Shown one piece after another: positions 1 to 6,880 of a stretch of DNA of 15,964 nt. Source of the stretch: Thermoproteota archaeon (GTDB taxonomy: Archaea > Korarchaeota > Korarchaeia > Korarchaeales > Korarchaeaceae); contig JAOZFG010000032.1 in the NCBI GenBank assembly GCA_027491435.1, positions 1 through 15,964 on the forward strand, given 5' to 3'. The position numbers and the translations under genes were made by a program. Every line of letters starts with the position of its first letter. Position 1 is the first letter of the stretch. The notes under the pieces are model-generated. The model did not search any database, was not told the DNA's origin, and was given only the letters and a program-made list of their open reading frames with translations.

Positions 1-159
1 ATAACTTGTCAAGGGTTGGTGGGCGAAGAAGTTTACTTAGCTATACTGTCAGCAACTGTGGCTGGGGCTGGATGGGTCGTTAAGAGGGCTTGGTCTATCG
101 TAATAGGAGGAAGAGGAGAGAATGACCGCAAGCGAGGTAAGGGAATCACTCAGGACTAA
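1..159 (+). CDS. Possible 3' end of a small membrane protein (truncated by window edge)
   Basis: Frame 1 is open from base 1 to TAA at 157-159 (ITCQGLVGEEVYLAILSATVAGAGWVVKRAWSIVIGGRGENDRKRGKGITQD*). It has a hydrophobic stretch followed by a basic tail. No family recognised. Confidence 0.3.
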   Translation: MTCQGLVGEEVYLAILSATVAGAGWVVKRAWSIVIGGRGENDRKRGKGITQD

Positions 160-340
160 TCTAATTACTTACCTCACAGCACCAGATCCACTACAGAAGT
201 TCGCAAAGCTGGGGGACTTATTGATCTTGGCTGCAATGGGAGATATAGAGGTAGCCGATCTGCAAGGCGAATATGCTAGCCTACTGGGGAAAGGCCCTCT
301 AGGCCGAGGTGTCATGACAACTATAGCACCAAAGAGCTAA
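122..340 (+). CDS. Hypothetical protein, 72 aa (possibly a degraded gene)
   Basis: ATG is preceded by purine-rich SD-like AGGAGGAAGAGGAG. No recognisable motif. Stop-interrupted protein-like sequence follows downstream. Confidence 0.35.
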   Translation: MTASEVRESLRTNLITYLTAPDPLQKFAKLGDLLILAAMGDIEVADLQGEYASLLGKGPLGRGVMTTIAPKS

Positions 341-517
341 GTGCGTTGATATAGTAGCCAGAGGAAAGGGAAGCCTGCTATTGTAGTTGATAGAGAGTAG
401 TTCATGAGATGGAAACTTGCACACCGATGCGAGGACGATGATGTGCTGTTGACACGCACTTGCTGGGTGATTTAGGAGGCTCCTTAAAATCTCACTTATC
501 ACCACTAATTTTACGTG

Positions 518-579
518 AAGGGGTCAGGACTCGGCAAAGTCCTCATGAATCAGCCGGTTGATCCCACTTCATCCCCCTT
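518..579 (-). ncRNA. C/D-box 2'-O-methylation guide sRNA (16S and 23S rRNA guides)
   Basis: Minus strand reads AAGGGGG-ATGAAGT(C)-GGGATCAACCGG-CTGA(D')-TTC-ATGAGGA(C')-CTTTGCCGAGTC-CTGA(D)-CCCCTT, with two 12-nt guides and a 6-bp terminal stem. The D' guide is complementary to the archaeal 16S 5' end (CCGGUUGAUCC). The D guide is complementary to the conserved archaeal 23S segment GGAACUCGGCAAA. Both rRNA sequences are recalled from memory. Confidence 0.9.
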
Positions 580-606
580 AAAGTCGACTGTGATAGAAGA
601 AAAGGC

Positions 607-1659
607 TTACTTCCAGACGTAAGCCTTGCTTATGCCATAATTGAGGAGGAAGCCGGCCACTATTCCCATGAACTGAGCTGAGATTGACTCGTGCGTCAAG
701 TAGCTATACACTGCCACGGAAACCAGGAATTGGGACAAGATCCCGGTCAAATTCGCCAAGTGGTACTTAAGGAGCCTGTAAAACCAACTTCCCCCCCTCC
801 TGTCCTTAAACGTCCACAAGTCGTTGAAGTAGAAGTTGTTCAGGACGGACACCTCTATAGCTAAGGGCGAGGCGATCAAGTGCGGCAAGCCCAGGCCCCT
901 AAGCAGGGCCAGGGCCGCTAAGTTGACCAAGGTTCCGAGCGCGCCGACGAGGGCGAACCTGTAAACCCTAGGGGAGTATTCCAGCACCTGCAATAAGTAC
1001 TCCACCACAGTTTTAGCGCCGAGCTTGCTGGAGCCAGCCCTTCTAAGGCCGAAGGTGTAGGGAACCTCACAAACCCTCCTGTAGCTCCCCTTCATTAGGA
1101 CCTCCAGCAGTATCTTGAAGCCCTTGGGGTCCAGCTCGGCTCCCTCTAGGACCTCCCTCCTCAACATGAAGTAGCCCGAGGCCAGGTCCTTGACTCCCCT
1201 AAGTTTGGGAACTAGTAAGTGTGCGAGCAGTATGGCGCCCTTGCTTACGACCTTCCTTAGGATGGACCAACCCTTAACTGAGCCCCCCTTCACGTACCTT
1301 GACGCAATTACCACATCACACCCCTCTAAGATCTTGGAGTACATCTCAGGAAGCTTCTCAGGAGGATGCTGAAGGTCGGCGTCCATCACAGCCAACACAT
1401 TTCCTCTGGCCTCCTTAAACCCCCTGACAACTGCTGAAGAGAGCCCCCTCTCTCCCTCCCTTACTATAACCCTAACCCTGTACTTGGAGAGGGATCTGGC
1501 CACCTCGGCGGTGCCATCTGGTGAGGAGTCGTCTACCACTAGGATCTCGTAGTCCACTTCGGACAGGGCTTCAGCTATTTTGGGTATAAGGATCGCCAAG
1601 TTCTCCCGCTCGTTGTAAGTGGGTATTATCACCGAGAGCTCGACCAAGGGAGCACCCAT
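607..1659 (-). CDS. Dolichol/polyprenol-phosphate mannose synthase-like GT2 glycosyltransferase with C-terminal GtrA-like membrane domain
   Basis: Motifs IIPTYNERENL, VVDDSSPDGT, VMDADLQHPP, SRYVKGG and DLASGY. The C-terminus has four TM helices of GtrA type (RFALVGALGTLVN...NNFYFNDLWTF). The architecture matches archaeal DPMS. Confidence 0.9.
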   Translation of the reverse strand: MGAPLVELSVIIPTYNERENLAILIPKIAEALSEVDYEILVVDDSSPDGTAEVARSLSKYRVRVIVREGERGLSSAVVRGFKEARGNVLAVMDADLQHPPEKLPEMYSKILEGCDVVIASRYVKGGSVKGWSILRKVVSKGAILLAHLLVPKLRGVKDLASGYFMLRREVLEGAELDPKGFKILLEVLMKGSYRRVCEVPYTFGLRRAGSSKLGAKTVVEYLLQVLEYSPRVYRFALVGALGTLVNLAALALLRGLGLPHLIASPLAIEVSVLNNFYFNDLWTFKDRRGGSWFYRLLKYHLANLTGILSQFLVSVAVYSYLTHESISAQFMGIVAGFLLNYGISKAYVWK

Positions 1660-1865
1660 TACTCGACCCCTTCACTATTTTATGATTGAGGTCCCTTGCA
1701 CTCGATCACACATAACGCACCTACTTTCTGAGCTGCACGTTAACGAGATGTTTATGCTTGCGGTATCTCCCAATGACTTTTAGGCTACTGAAGCTTAGAA
1801 AGAGAGCTTCCACCTGTTGATTTGTACTTAGACACCCTTTACAGGTTGTCCAACCATTTATTTTT

Positions 1866-3065
1866 ATGGGGAGGGTTGGCAACCCCGTGAGTCTAGAGAG
1901 GCGGAACCTCCTGGTCATGTCGGTGAGCTGGGCAGTAATGTCCCCATTCTTAGCGGCCACCGGCGTCTACTTCTCCCTTTACGTGTTAGAGCTCGGGGGA
2001 ACGGCTAAAGAGGTGGGGCTCATAATAATGGCCAGATTCATAACTTTGGCCTTCTCAAGGGTGCTGGGAGGGTACTTGGCTGATGTTGTGGGCAGGAAGA
2101 GGGTCATCGTGCCCATGACTGTGCTAGCAGGCCTGTCTAACTACCTGATGGCCATAGCCCCCGACTGGAAGTGGGTGCTTTGGGGGAACGTAGCTGAAAG
2201 CCTAGCCCTTCTCTACCAGCCCGCCATACAAGCGTTGCTCGCTGACTCCTTACCGCCCGAGAGGAGGGGAAGAGGAATTACCCTAACCCAGACTCCTTCC
2301 CAAGTCCTTTCCCTGCTCGGCCCTCCCCTGGCTACCGTCCTGGTATCCTTCATGGGGTTGGAGAAAGCCGTCAGGCTCCTGTACATGATGTCAGCCACTT
2401 CCATAGTGCTGGTTGGCTTCTTAAGGCTCTTCTTGGTGGAGACTCAGAGATCCAAGGCCTTAAGTCTTAGAGACGCTGTCAAGAGCTACGTTGAGTTGGT
2501 GAAGCTCCTTAAAGGGGATTTAGGCAGGCTCTTCCTGATCACCTCACTGGTTAGGGGCGTCTACAGGATGTCCTTCCCCTTCGTCCAGATATACGCCGTC
2601 AAGGTACTGGGGATAAGTGAGGAGTTCTGGGGGGTCATATCCACGGCCATGAACGTCGAGTCCACCCTAACAAACCTGTTCTCCGGCTACTTGGCCGACA
2701 GGCTGGGAAGGAACAGGGTAATGGCCCTGGGCTACCTGTCAGGAGCCCTGGGCCTGGGAATGCTTTCCCTATCCCCCAGAGATCCCCTGTTCGTCCTGTT
2801 AGCCATGATGGTGGCCGTGGCCTTCGCTTCAAGGCCTGCGGCCTTCGCTCTGATGGCTGATTTAACCAGAAGGGAATTTAGAGGGCGGGTGAGTGCCTTA
2901 AACGGTCTTATAGAGGGGAGCGTATCGGGGATTTCCTCAGGGGTTGGCGGCCTCCTTTACGAGGCCTTCCAGGGGTGGACCTTCGGCCTGGCGTCCCTCC
3001 TCTTGATCCCCCTGGCAGTGAGCGCCTGGAGGTGCCTCCCCTCCCGCCCGGCGAGTGAAGAATGA
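1866..3065 (+). CDS. Major facilitator superfamily transporter
   Basis: About 12 hydrophobic segments. MFS motif A occurs twice (GGYLADVVGRKR, GYLADRLGRNR), along with PPERRGRG and REFRGRVSAL. The true start may be GTG at 1887 (leaderless, TATA-like TTTATTTTTA at 1857-1866). Confidence 0.92.
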   Translation: MGRVGNPVSLERRNLLVMSVSWAVMSPFLAATGVYFSLYVLELGGTAKEVGLIIMARFITLAFSRVLGGYLADVVGRKRVIVPMTVLAGLSNYLMAIAPDWKWVLWGNVAESLALLYQPAIQALLADSLPPERRGRGITLTQTPSQVLSLLGPPLATVLVSFMGLEKAVRLLYMMSATSIVLVGFLRLFLVETQRSKALSLRDAVKSYVELVKLLKGDLGRLFLITSLVRGVYRMSFPFVQIYAVKVLGISEEFWGVISTAMNVESTLTNLFSGYLADRLGRNRVMALGYLSGALGLGMLSLSPRDPLFVLLAMMVAVAFASRPAAFALMADLTRREFRGRVSALNGLIEGSVSGISSGVGGLLYEAFQGWTFGLASLLLIPLAVSAWRCLPSRPASEE

Positions 3066-3119
3066 AAGCTTTAACAAAAATATATTTTTTGAAGGGGGCT
3101 CGTTCATCCGGGGGGTAGT

Positions 3120-3278
3120 ATGGAGAGGTGCGCCCTCTGCGGCTCGGAGAGTGAGACTTTACTCTGGGCCGTTCACAAGGAGAAGGGCGGCATGTGGGTC
3201 TGCGTCAACTGCTGGAAGAAGCTCTACGAGAAGAACGAGCTGGTGTCGGGTTCTGGGGAATCAGGGTGTGGTTGTTAA
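3120..3278 (+). CDS. Small zinc-finger protein (52 aa, CxxC...CxxC plus C-terminal GCGC); absent from ORF track
   Basis: MERCALCGSESETLLWAVHKEKGGMWVCVNCWKKLYEKNELVSGSGESGCGC*. It has a G-rich SD (GGGGGGT, 3110-3116), an upstream AT-rich promoter-like stretch (AAAAATATATTTTTT), and host-like codon usage (GAG/AAG). Confidence 0.8.
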   Translation: MERCALCGSESETLLWAVHKEKGGMWVCVNCWKKLYEKNELVSGSGESGCGC

Positions 3279-3280
3279 GT

Positions 3281-3303
3281 AAAAAAGAAAGATGAAGAAG
3301 AAA
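3281..3303 (-). terminator. Pyrimidine/oligo-T terminator of the octaheme cytochrome gene
   Basis: Minus strand reads TTTCTTCTTCATCTTTCTTTTT about 20 nt after the stop codon, typical of archaeal terminators. Confidence 0.5.
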
Positions 3304-3321
3304 GGGCGTTAAACCTCACTA

Positions 3322-4944
3322 TCACTTGGACTTCTTCCAGGCTATGTAAAGGATCCCAGCCACCACCGCTATCACTACCAGCATTACCACGGTGAAGGCT
3401 ATCTTCGGGTACATCCCGTAGCCGAGCTTCTCGTAGTCCAGCTTAGTCTTCCAGATCCCGTGACAGTCGGTGCACCACAAGGCGTTCTCGGCCGGCTCGA
3501 CCCCGTGGTTGACCTGCATGTACCTCTCGAGTTTTATCCAGCTGTCAGCCTTGAGGCCGGAGATCTTCTCCCCTAACTTGACCATCGCATCCACCTTGTT
3601 GGCAGTGAAGACTGCCCCGACCTTGGTTGGCACCGGTATTCCGGCTTTGCTGTCGAAGGGTATGTAAGCGTAGTGGTACTTGAACGGGTATATCTTGCCG
3701 TCCTCGTGGGATCCGACCGGTGCAGCGTAAATAAGTGTCCCGTCCTTGAGCTGGGCCTTCTCCGGGTAGACGTAAGCCTTCCTAGTCCTCTCGTTCCACC
3801 AGGCGTAGGTTGGAGTTATGTTGCCGGCCATCTCCAGCTTGGCAAACCACTTATGGTTTATGTCGTTCCACTCCGTGACGTTCCACATCCTAACTAGGTC
3901 TGTCTTGAACTTCTTGGCTATTCTGGGTATGTGGCAGGTCTGGCAGGCTATCTTCTCCTCGTGGAACGTCTTAATTATCCACCCTATAACGGGCCTTGTG
4001 TGCCTCTGCTCGTGGCACTGCTCACAGGTCGGAGCCTTGTCGGTCTGCCTGTGCCAGGTGTCCACGGCCTTAGTAGCTACCTTGTGGTCCTCAAACACGT
4101 GACAGTCGATGCACTGCATTCCCCTAGCTAAGTGAACGTCTATGTCCTCGCTAACCTCTCCTATAAGGCTTGGATCTATGTTAGGCCTCTTAAACCCCGG
4201 ACCTCCTCCAGCATAGGCGTGGCACCAGAGACAGGCATCCTTCGTAGGCTTGGCCGTTATCTTCTTGGCCAAATCCACAGCGTCGAGATCTGGGTTAGGT
4301 ACGTACCTAAACCCTTGCTCCGTCTTTACTAGCTTTCTGTAACCCTTCTTAACTCCTGCCGCCCCGCCCTTGTACTCTAGGTGGTGACACACGAGACAGT
4401 CTATGTTCTCCAGCTGCTCTTCTGTCATTTCAGGCTTAGGTATAGCCCCCAAGCTCACCCCGTGACACATGGAACATCCGCTGGCCAGGAACTTACCCTT
4501 AAGCTCCTCCTTTCCTGGAGGAGGTACTTTTAATGTAGCGTTTCCTATCCAGTTAACCGGCGTCTCTCCCTTCCAGAAGATGGAGCCACAGAAGTCGTTG
4601 TACATTACCTTGCTTCCCACTAGAACCTCTCCCTTCCCCTCTATGTCGTTCACCACGTTGGCCATCTGGTAGTGGGCTGAATGGAACACCTCCTTTACCT
4701 CTTCCTCGTGGCACATCATGCAGGTCTTAGAGCCCTCATACCTGGTGATGTTGAACTTTTTGAACACCTCTGAGTGATCTGCTATCTCCACCTTGGGCTT
4801 GTAGGGTGAAGCCCTTTTAGCCACGGTAGGAGCCGGTCCGGTGCCCCAGAGTATGTAGGCAATGCCTAAGAGCAGGAGCACTAGCACGTAGATAGTTATC
4901 ATGAAGGGGCTCTTGGGTGAGAACGGACCTTTCCTCTCGGTCAT
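3322..4944 (-). CDS. Membrane-anchored octaheme c-type cytochrome, tetrathionate reductase (OTR) family
   Basis: Eight CxxCH motifs (CMMCH, CSMCH, CLVCH, CLWCH, CIDCH, CEQCH, CQTCH, CTDCH). OTR-like features are K-x3-NDFC before heme 2, CHxxxGGG, DVH-x5-CxDCH, ACQTCHIP, KIYPFK and NHGV-x6-L-x-CTDCH. Hydrophobic helices lie at both termini. Start moved to ATG at 4944, which follows SD GAGGTGAT at 4948-4955. Confidence 0.88.
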   Translation of the reverse strand: MTERKGPFSPKSPFMITIYVLVLLLLGIAYILWGTGPAPTVAKRASPYKPKVEIADHSEVFKKFNITRYEGSKTCMMCHEEEVKEVFHSAHYQMANVVNDIEGKGEVLVGSKVMYNDFCGSIFWKGETPVNWIGNATLKVPPPGKEELKGKFLASGCSMCHGVSLGAIPKPEMTEEQLENIDCLVCHHLEYKGGAAGVKKGYRKLVKTEQGFRYVPNPDLDAVDLAKKITAKPTKDACLWCHAYAGGGPGFKRPNIDPSLIGEVSEDIDVHLARGMQCIDCHVFEDHKVATKAVDTWHRQTDKAPTCEQCHEQRHTRPVIGWIIKTFHEEKIACQTCHIPRIAKKFKTDLVRMWNVTEWNDINHKWFAKLEMAGNITPTYAWWNERTRKAYVYPEKAQLKDGTLIYAAPVGSHEDGKIYPFKYHYAYIPFDSKAGIPVPTKVGAVFTANKVDAMVKLGEKISGLKADSWIKLERYMQVNHGVEPAENALWCTDCHGIWKTKLDYEKLGYGMYPKIAFTVVMLVVIAVVAGILYIAWKKSK

Positions 4945-5052
4945 ACCATCACCTCGTATGAACGTACCCAAGTTCTTTTGATTACCTATGTTATGAACAG
5001 ATGTACAGGCAATATAATAAACTCTACGATTTCAAGTCCTCTCGACCTGATA

Positions 5053-5066
5053 TTAACTATAGTTAA
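5053..5066. promoter_or_regulatory. Palindromic operator candidate TTAAC-TATA-GTTAA
   Basis: Perfect 14-bp palindrome about 30 bp upstream of the TATA-like element (5011-5021, minus strand) of the cytochrome gene. A second copy lies at 5619-5632. Confidence 0.5.
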
Positions 5067-5395
5067 CTTATGGAAGCGGAGGAGCGTGGAGCTTCGCCGG
5101 GAGGGTGTTAGGAGAGCCGAGCTTTCCCTTAGGAGGGTTGTTTAGTGGAGCACGTGTTAACGGAGATATTAACCGATTAGTTTAACTGATAGCTTCTCTT
5201 GATGGACCGAATTTCAGGAAATAGTTAGAAACGGTTTCTAGCCGTGTGGTCGAAGATTAGTTGTTAGGAATTTCACCTACCTAACTGCTCTCTTGAAAGC
5301 GCTAATTAAGCCGCTCTCGCTTTGACTTTCGAGGCCTTTCAGCGTAGGAGAGTTAAATATTTCGGTCTGATCACTAGGGAAAGAATGCCCTAAAT

Positions 5396-5423
5396 CTTAA
5401 AACCCCTCAAGAGGTCTTACAAC
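5396..5423 (-). repeat. Solitary CRISPR-repeat-like element GTTGTAAGACCTCTTGAGGGGTTTTAAG
   Basis: 28 nt with a GTT start, an internal CCTC-TT-GAGG inverted repeat and an ...AAG end, resembling thermophile type I/III repeats. An AT-rich tract lies on its 5' side. Only one intact copy, so it is not an array. Confidence 0.3.
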
Positions 5424-5618
5424 CACTGTTGACTAATGGTGTTATCTAATTTCATTCCCTTAGTTAGTTACTTGTTCTTCCTCATTGGATTAGAAATTAT
5501 TATAATTTTCTCATTTACCATCATAATAAATATCTTGATAACTACATTTTTAAATTTAAAGCTTATCCGCTTCTTAGAATAATTCTAATAAAAATATCTG
5601 TAACTTTATTTAAAATAA

Positions 5619-5632
5619 TTAACAACTGTTAA
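5619..5632. promoter_or_regulatory. Palindromic operator candidate TTAAC-AACT-GTTAA directly upstream of TATA-like TTATAAAT
   Basis: Same half-sites as 5053-5066. It abuts the TATA-like element at 5634-5641 upstream of the globin gene. Confidence 0.5.
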
Positions 5633-5777
5633 GTTATAAATATTTTGGATTTCTGAGCTATAATCAAAGGATTATTTTGATATAAGTTTTTTAATTAAAT
5701 ATATAGCTACATATCTATTTTAAATTTAGATATTTATAAAGCAAAGGATATATATGGTATATCTCTGTGTTGGATAG

Positions 5778-6359
5778 GTGGTTCTCTTGGTCAGCAAGGA
5801 GGAGGTCCTTAAGTACACCGAAGATCTCAAATTCCTAACTGGATTAAGCAGTAATGATTTAGAGATATTAAAGAAATATAAAGATATTGCACTTCAATGG
5901 ACAGACGATTTAGTTAAATCATTTTATGACATTCTGTTTAGTTACGAGCCAACCGCCTCAATATTTAGAGAAGGAGAACGAGAGGAAAGGGAAAATACCT
6001 TAAAGGATTGGTACAGAAGACTTTTTGAGGAAATCAATAGTGATTTCTGGATTTGGCAATGGTATGTGGGCATAGTCCACATAAAAAGGAAGGTTTATAA
6101 CAGATACATGTTAGGAATGTTGAGCAGAATTCAACAGATGTTTTTGGATAAGGCGGTTCAAAATCTCCCCATCGAAGAGGCTCTTGAGCTATATAGGGCT
6201 TTTAAGAAGGCTACTGACGTAATAGCGGGGGTTATAGCTGAAGGTTATCATCTGACTTACGTGGAATCTTTACAAACAGTGGCTGGAGTAGATAAGCAAT
6301 TTGTAGGAAAGATTATGAAATTGCATCTGGATAAAGCCATGAAAGAATTTCATAAGTAG
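5778..6359 (+). CDS. Single-domain protoglobin/sensor-globin family heme protein
   Basis: Protoglobin-domain pattern: LKFLTGLSSNDLEILK, LVKSFYDIL (B10 Tyr), TLKDWYRRLF, VGIVH (proximal His), AFKKATD. No signalling domain is fused. Markedly AT-rich compared with its neighbours. Confidence 0.85.
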   Translation: MVLLVSKEEVLKYTEDLKFLTGLSSNDLEILKKYKDIALQWTDDLVKSFYDILFSYEPTASIFREGEREERENTLKDWYRRLFEEINSDFWIWQWYVGIVHIKRKVYNRYMLGMLSRIQQMFLDKAVQNLPIEEALELYRAFKKATDVIAGVIAEGYHLTYVESLQTVAGVDKQFVGKIMKLHLDKAMKEFHK

Positions 6360-6424
6360 CTGTAGCACCCATCGATCATAAACTCATTATTTTAACAATA
6401 AGTACTAATTACTAAGCTATCTAG

Positions 6425-6443
6425 TGTAGATGAACCATCTACA
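6425..6443. other. Perfect 8-bp inverted repeat (TGTAGATG-AAC-CATCTACA) between convergent genes
   Basis: Seen directly. Could be a terminator or stability hairpin; there is no U-tract. Confidence 0.35.
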
Positions 6444-6574
6444 GAGGTCTATGGAGACTATTAATGAGCAGAAAGTTAATAGCCGACGTCCTACCCTGGG
6501 GATCAAAGTCCTCACATCAAGAAAAGTGGTGAGGAGTTATTAGAACGTCTCTGGGAAACGAACTCCTTTAACCT

Positions 6575-6880
6575 CTAAGATAGGGCTTCCTTTACGGGCA
6601 CCCCGCTAAGCTGGACGTATTCAATCCCCATCTCCTCCAAGGCAGTCATGGCGTTAGGCCCGAAGGATCCCGCGTACACTTTCCTGACGCCCTCCTTGAT
6701 GAGTAGCTGGATGGCCTTTATGGCAGCCCCGCTCCTGGCCTCCGCTCCAGGGTTCCGGACCACCTTATAGGAGTTGGTGTCCGTGTCCACTATCACGAAG
6801 TACTCAGCTCTGCCGAACCTGTGGCTTATCAGGGAGTCTAAACCCCTGTTCTCATCAACGGCGAATGCCACCTTCATCAT
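6575..6880 (-). CDS. NifB/NifX family (COG1433) metallocluster-binding protein
   Basis: MKVAFA...ISHRFGRAEYFVIVD...NP...GAAIKAIQLL...G...AGSFGPNAMTAL...GI, the typical Nitro_FeMo-Co pattern. Confidence 0.9.
   Translation of the reverse strand: MMKVAFAVDENRGLDSLISHRFGRAEYFVIVDTDTNSYKVVRNPGAEARSGAAIKAIQLLIKEGVRKVYAGSFGPNAMTALEEMGIEYVQLSGVPVKEALS

Noticed and set aside
345-395. Fragment VDIVARGKGSLLL*LIE resembling a PD-(D/E)xK nuclease motif
   Set aside because: Very short, interrupted by a stop and lacking a start; too weak to call a pseudogene.
1682-1731. ATGATTG...CTGA spanning 50 nt, a possible C/D sRNA
   Set aside because: No credible C' box and no recognisable guide target. It also overlaps the likely promoter of the DPM synthase gene.
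3055-3282. ORF-track 75-aa ORF
   Set aside because: Wrong frame; the overlapping 3120..3278 frame has Cys motifs, an SD and host-like codons.
5031-5047. TTCAAGTCCTCTCGACC resembling a tRNA T-arm or att-site remnant
   Set aside because: No 5' stem partner, no cloverleaf and no integrase nearby.
5070-5145. Basic protein-like stretch WKRRSVELRREGVRRAELSLRRVV*
   Set aside because: Too short and has no identifiable family; possibly a gene remnant.
6406-6432. TAATTACTAAGCTATCTAGTGTAGAT, superficially like a Cas12a repeat end
   Set aside because: Lacks the TCTAC...GTAGA stem in the required order; single copy and no cas gene.
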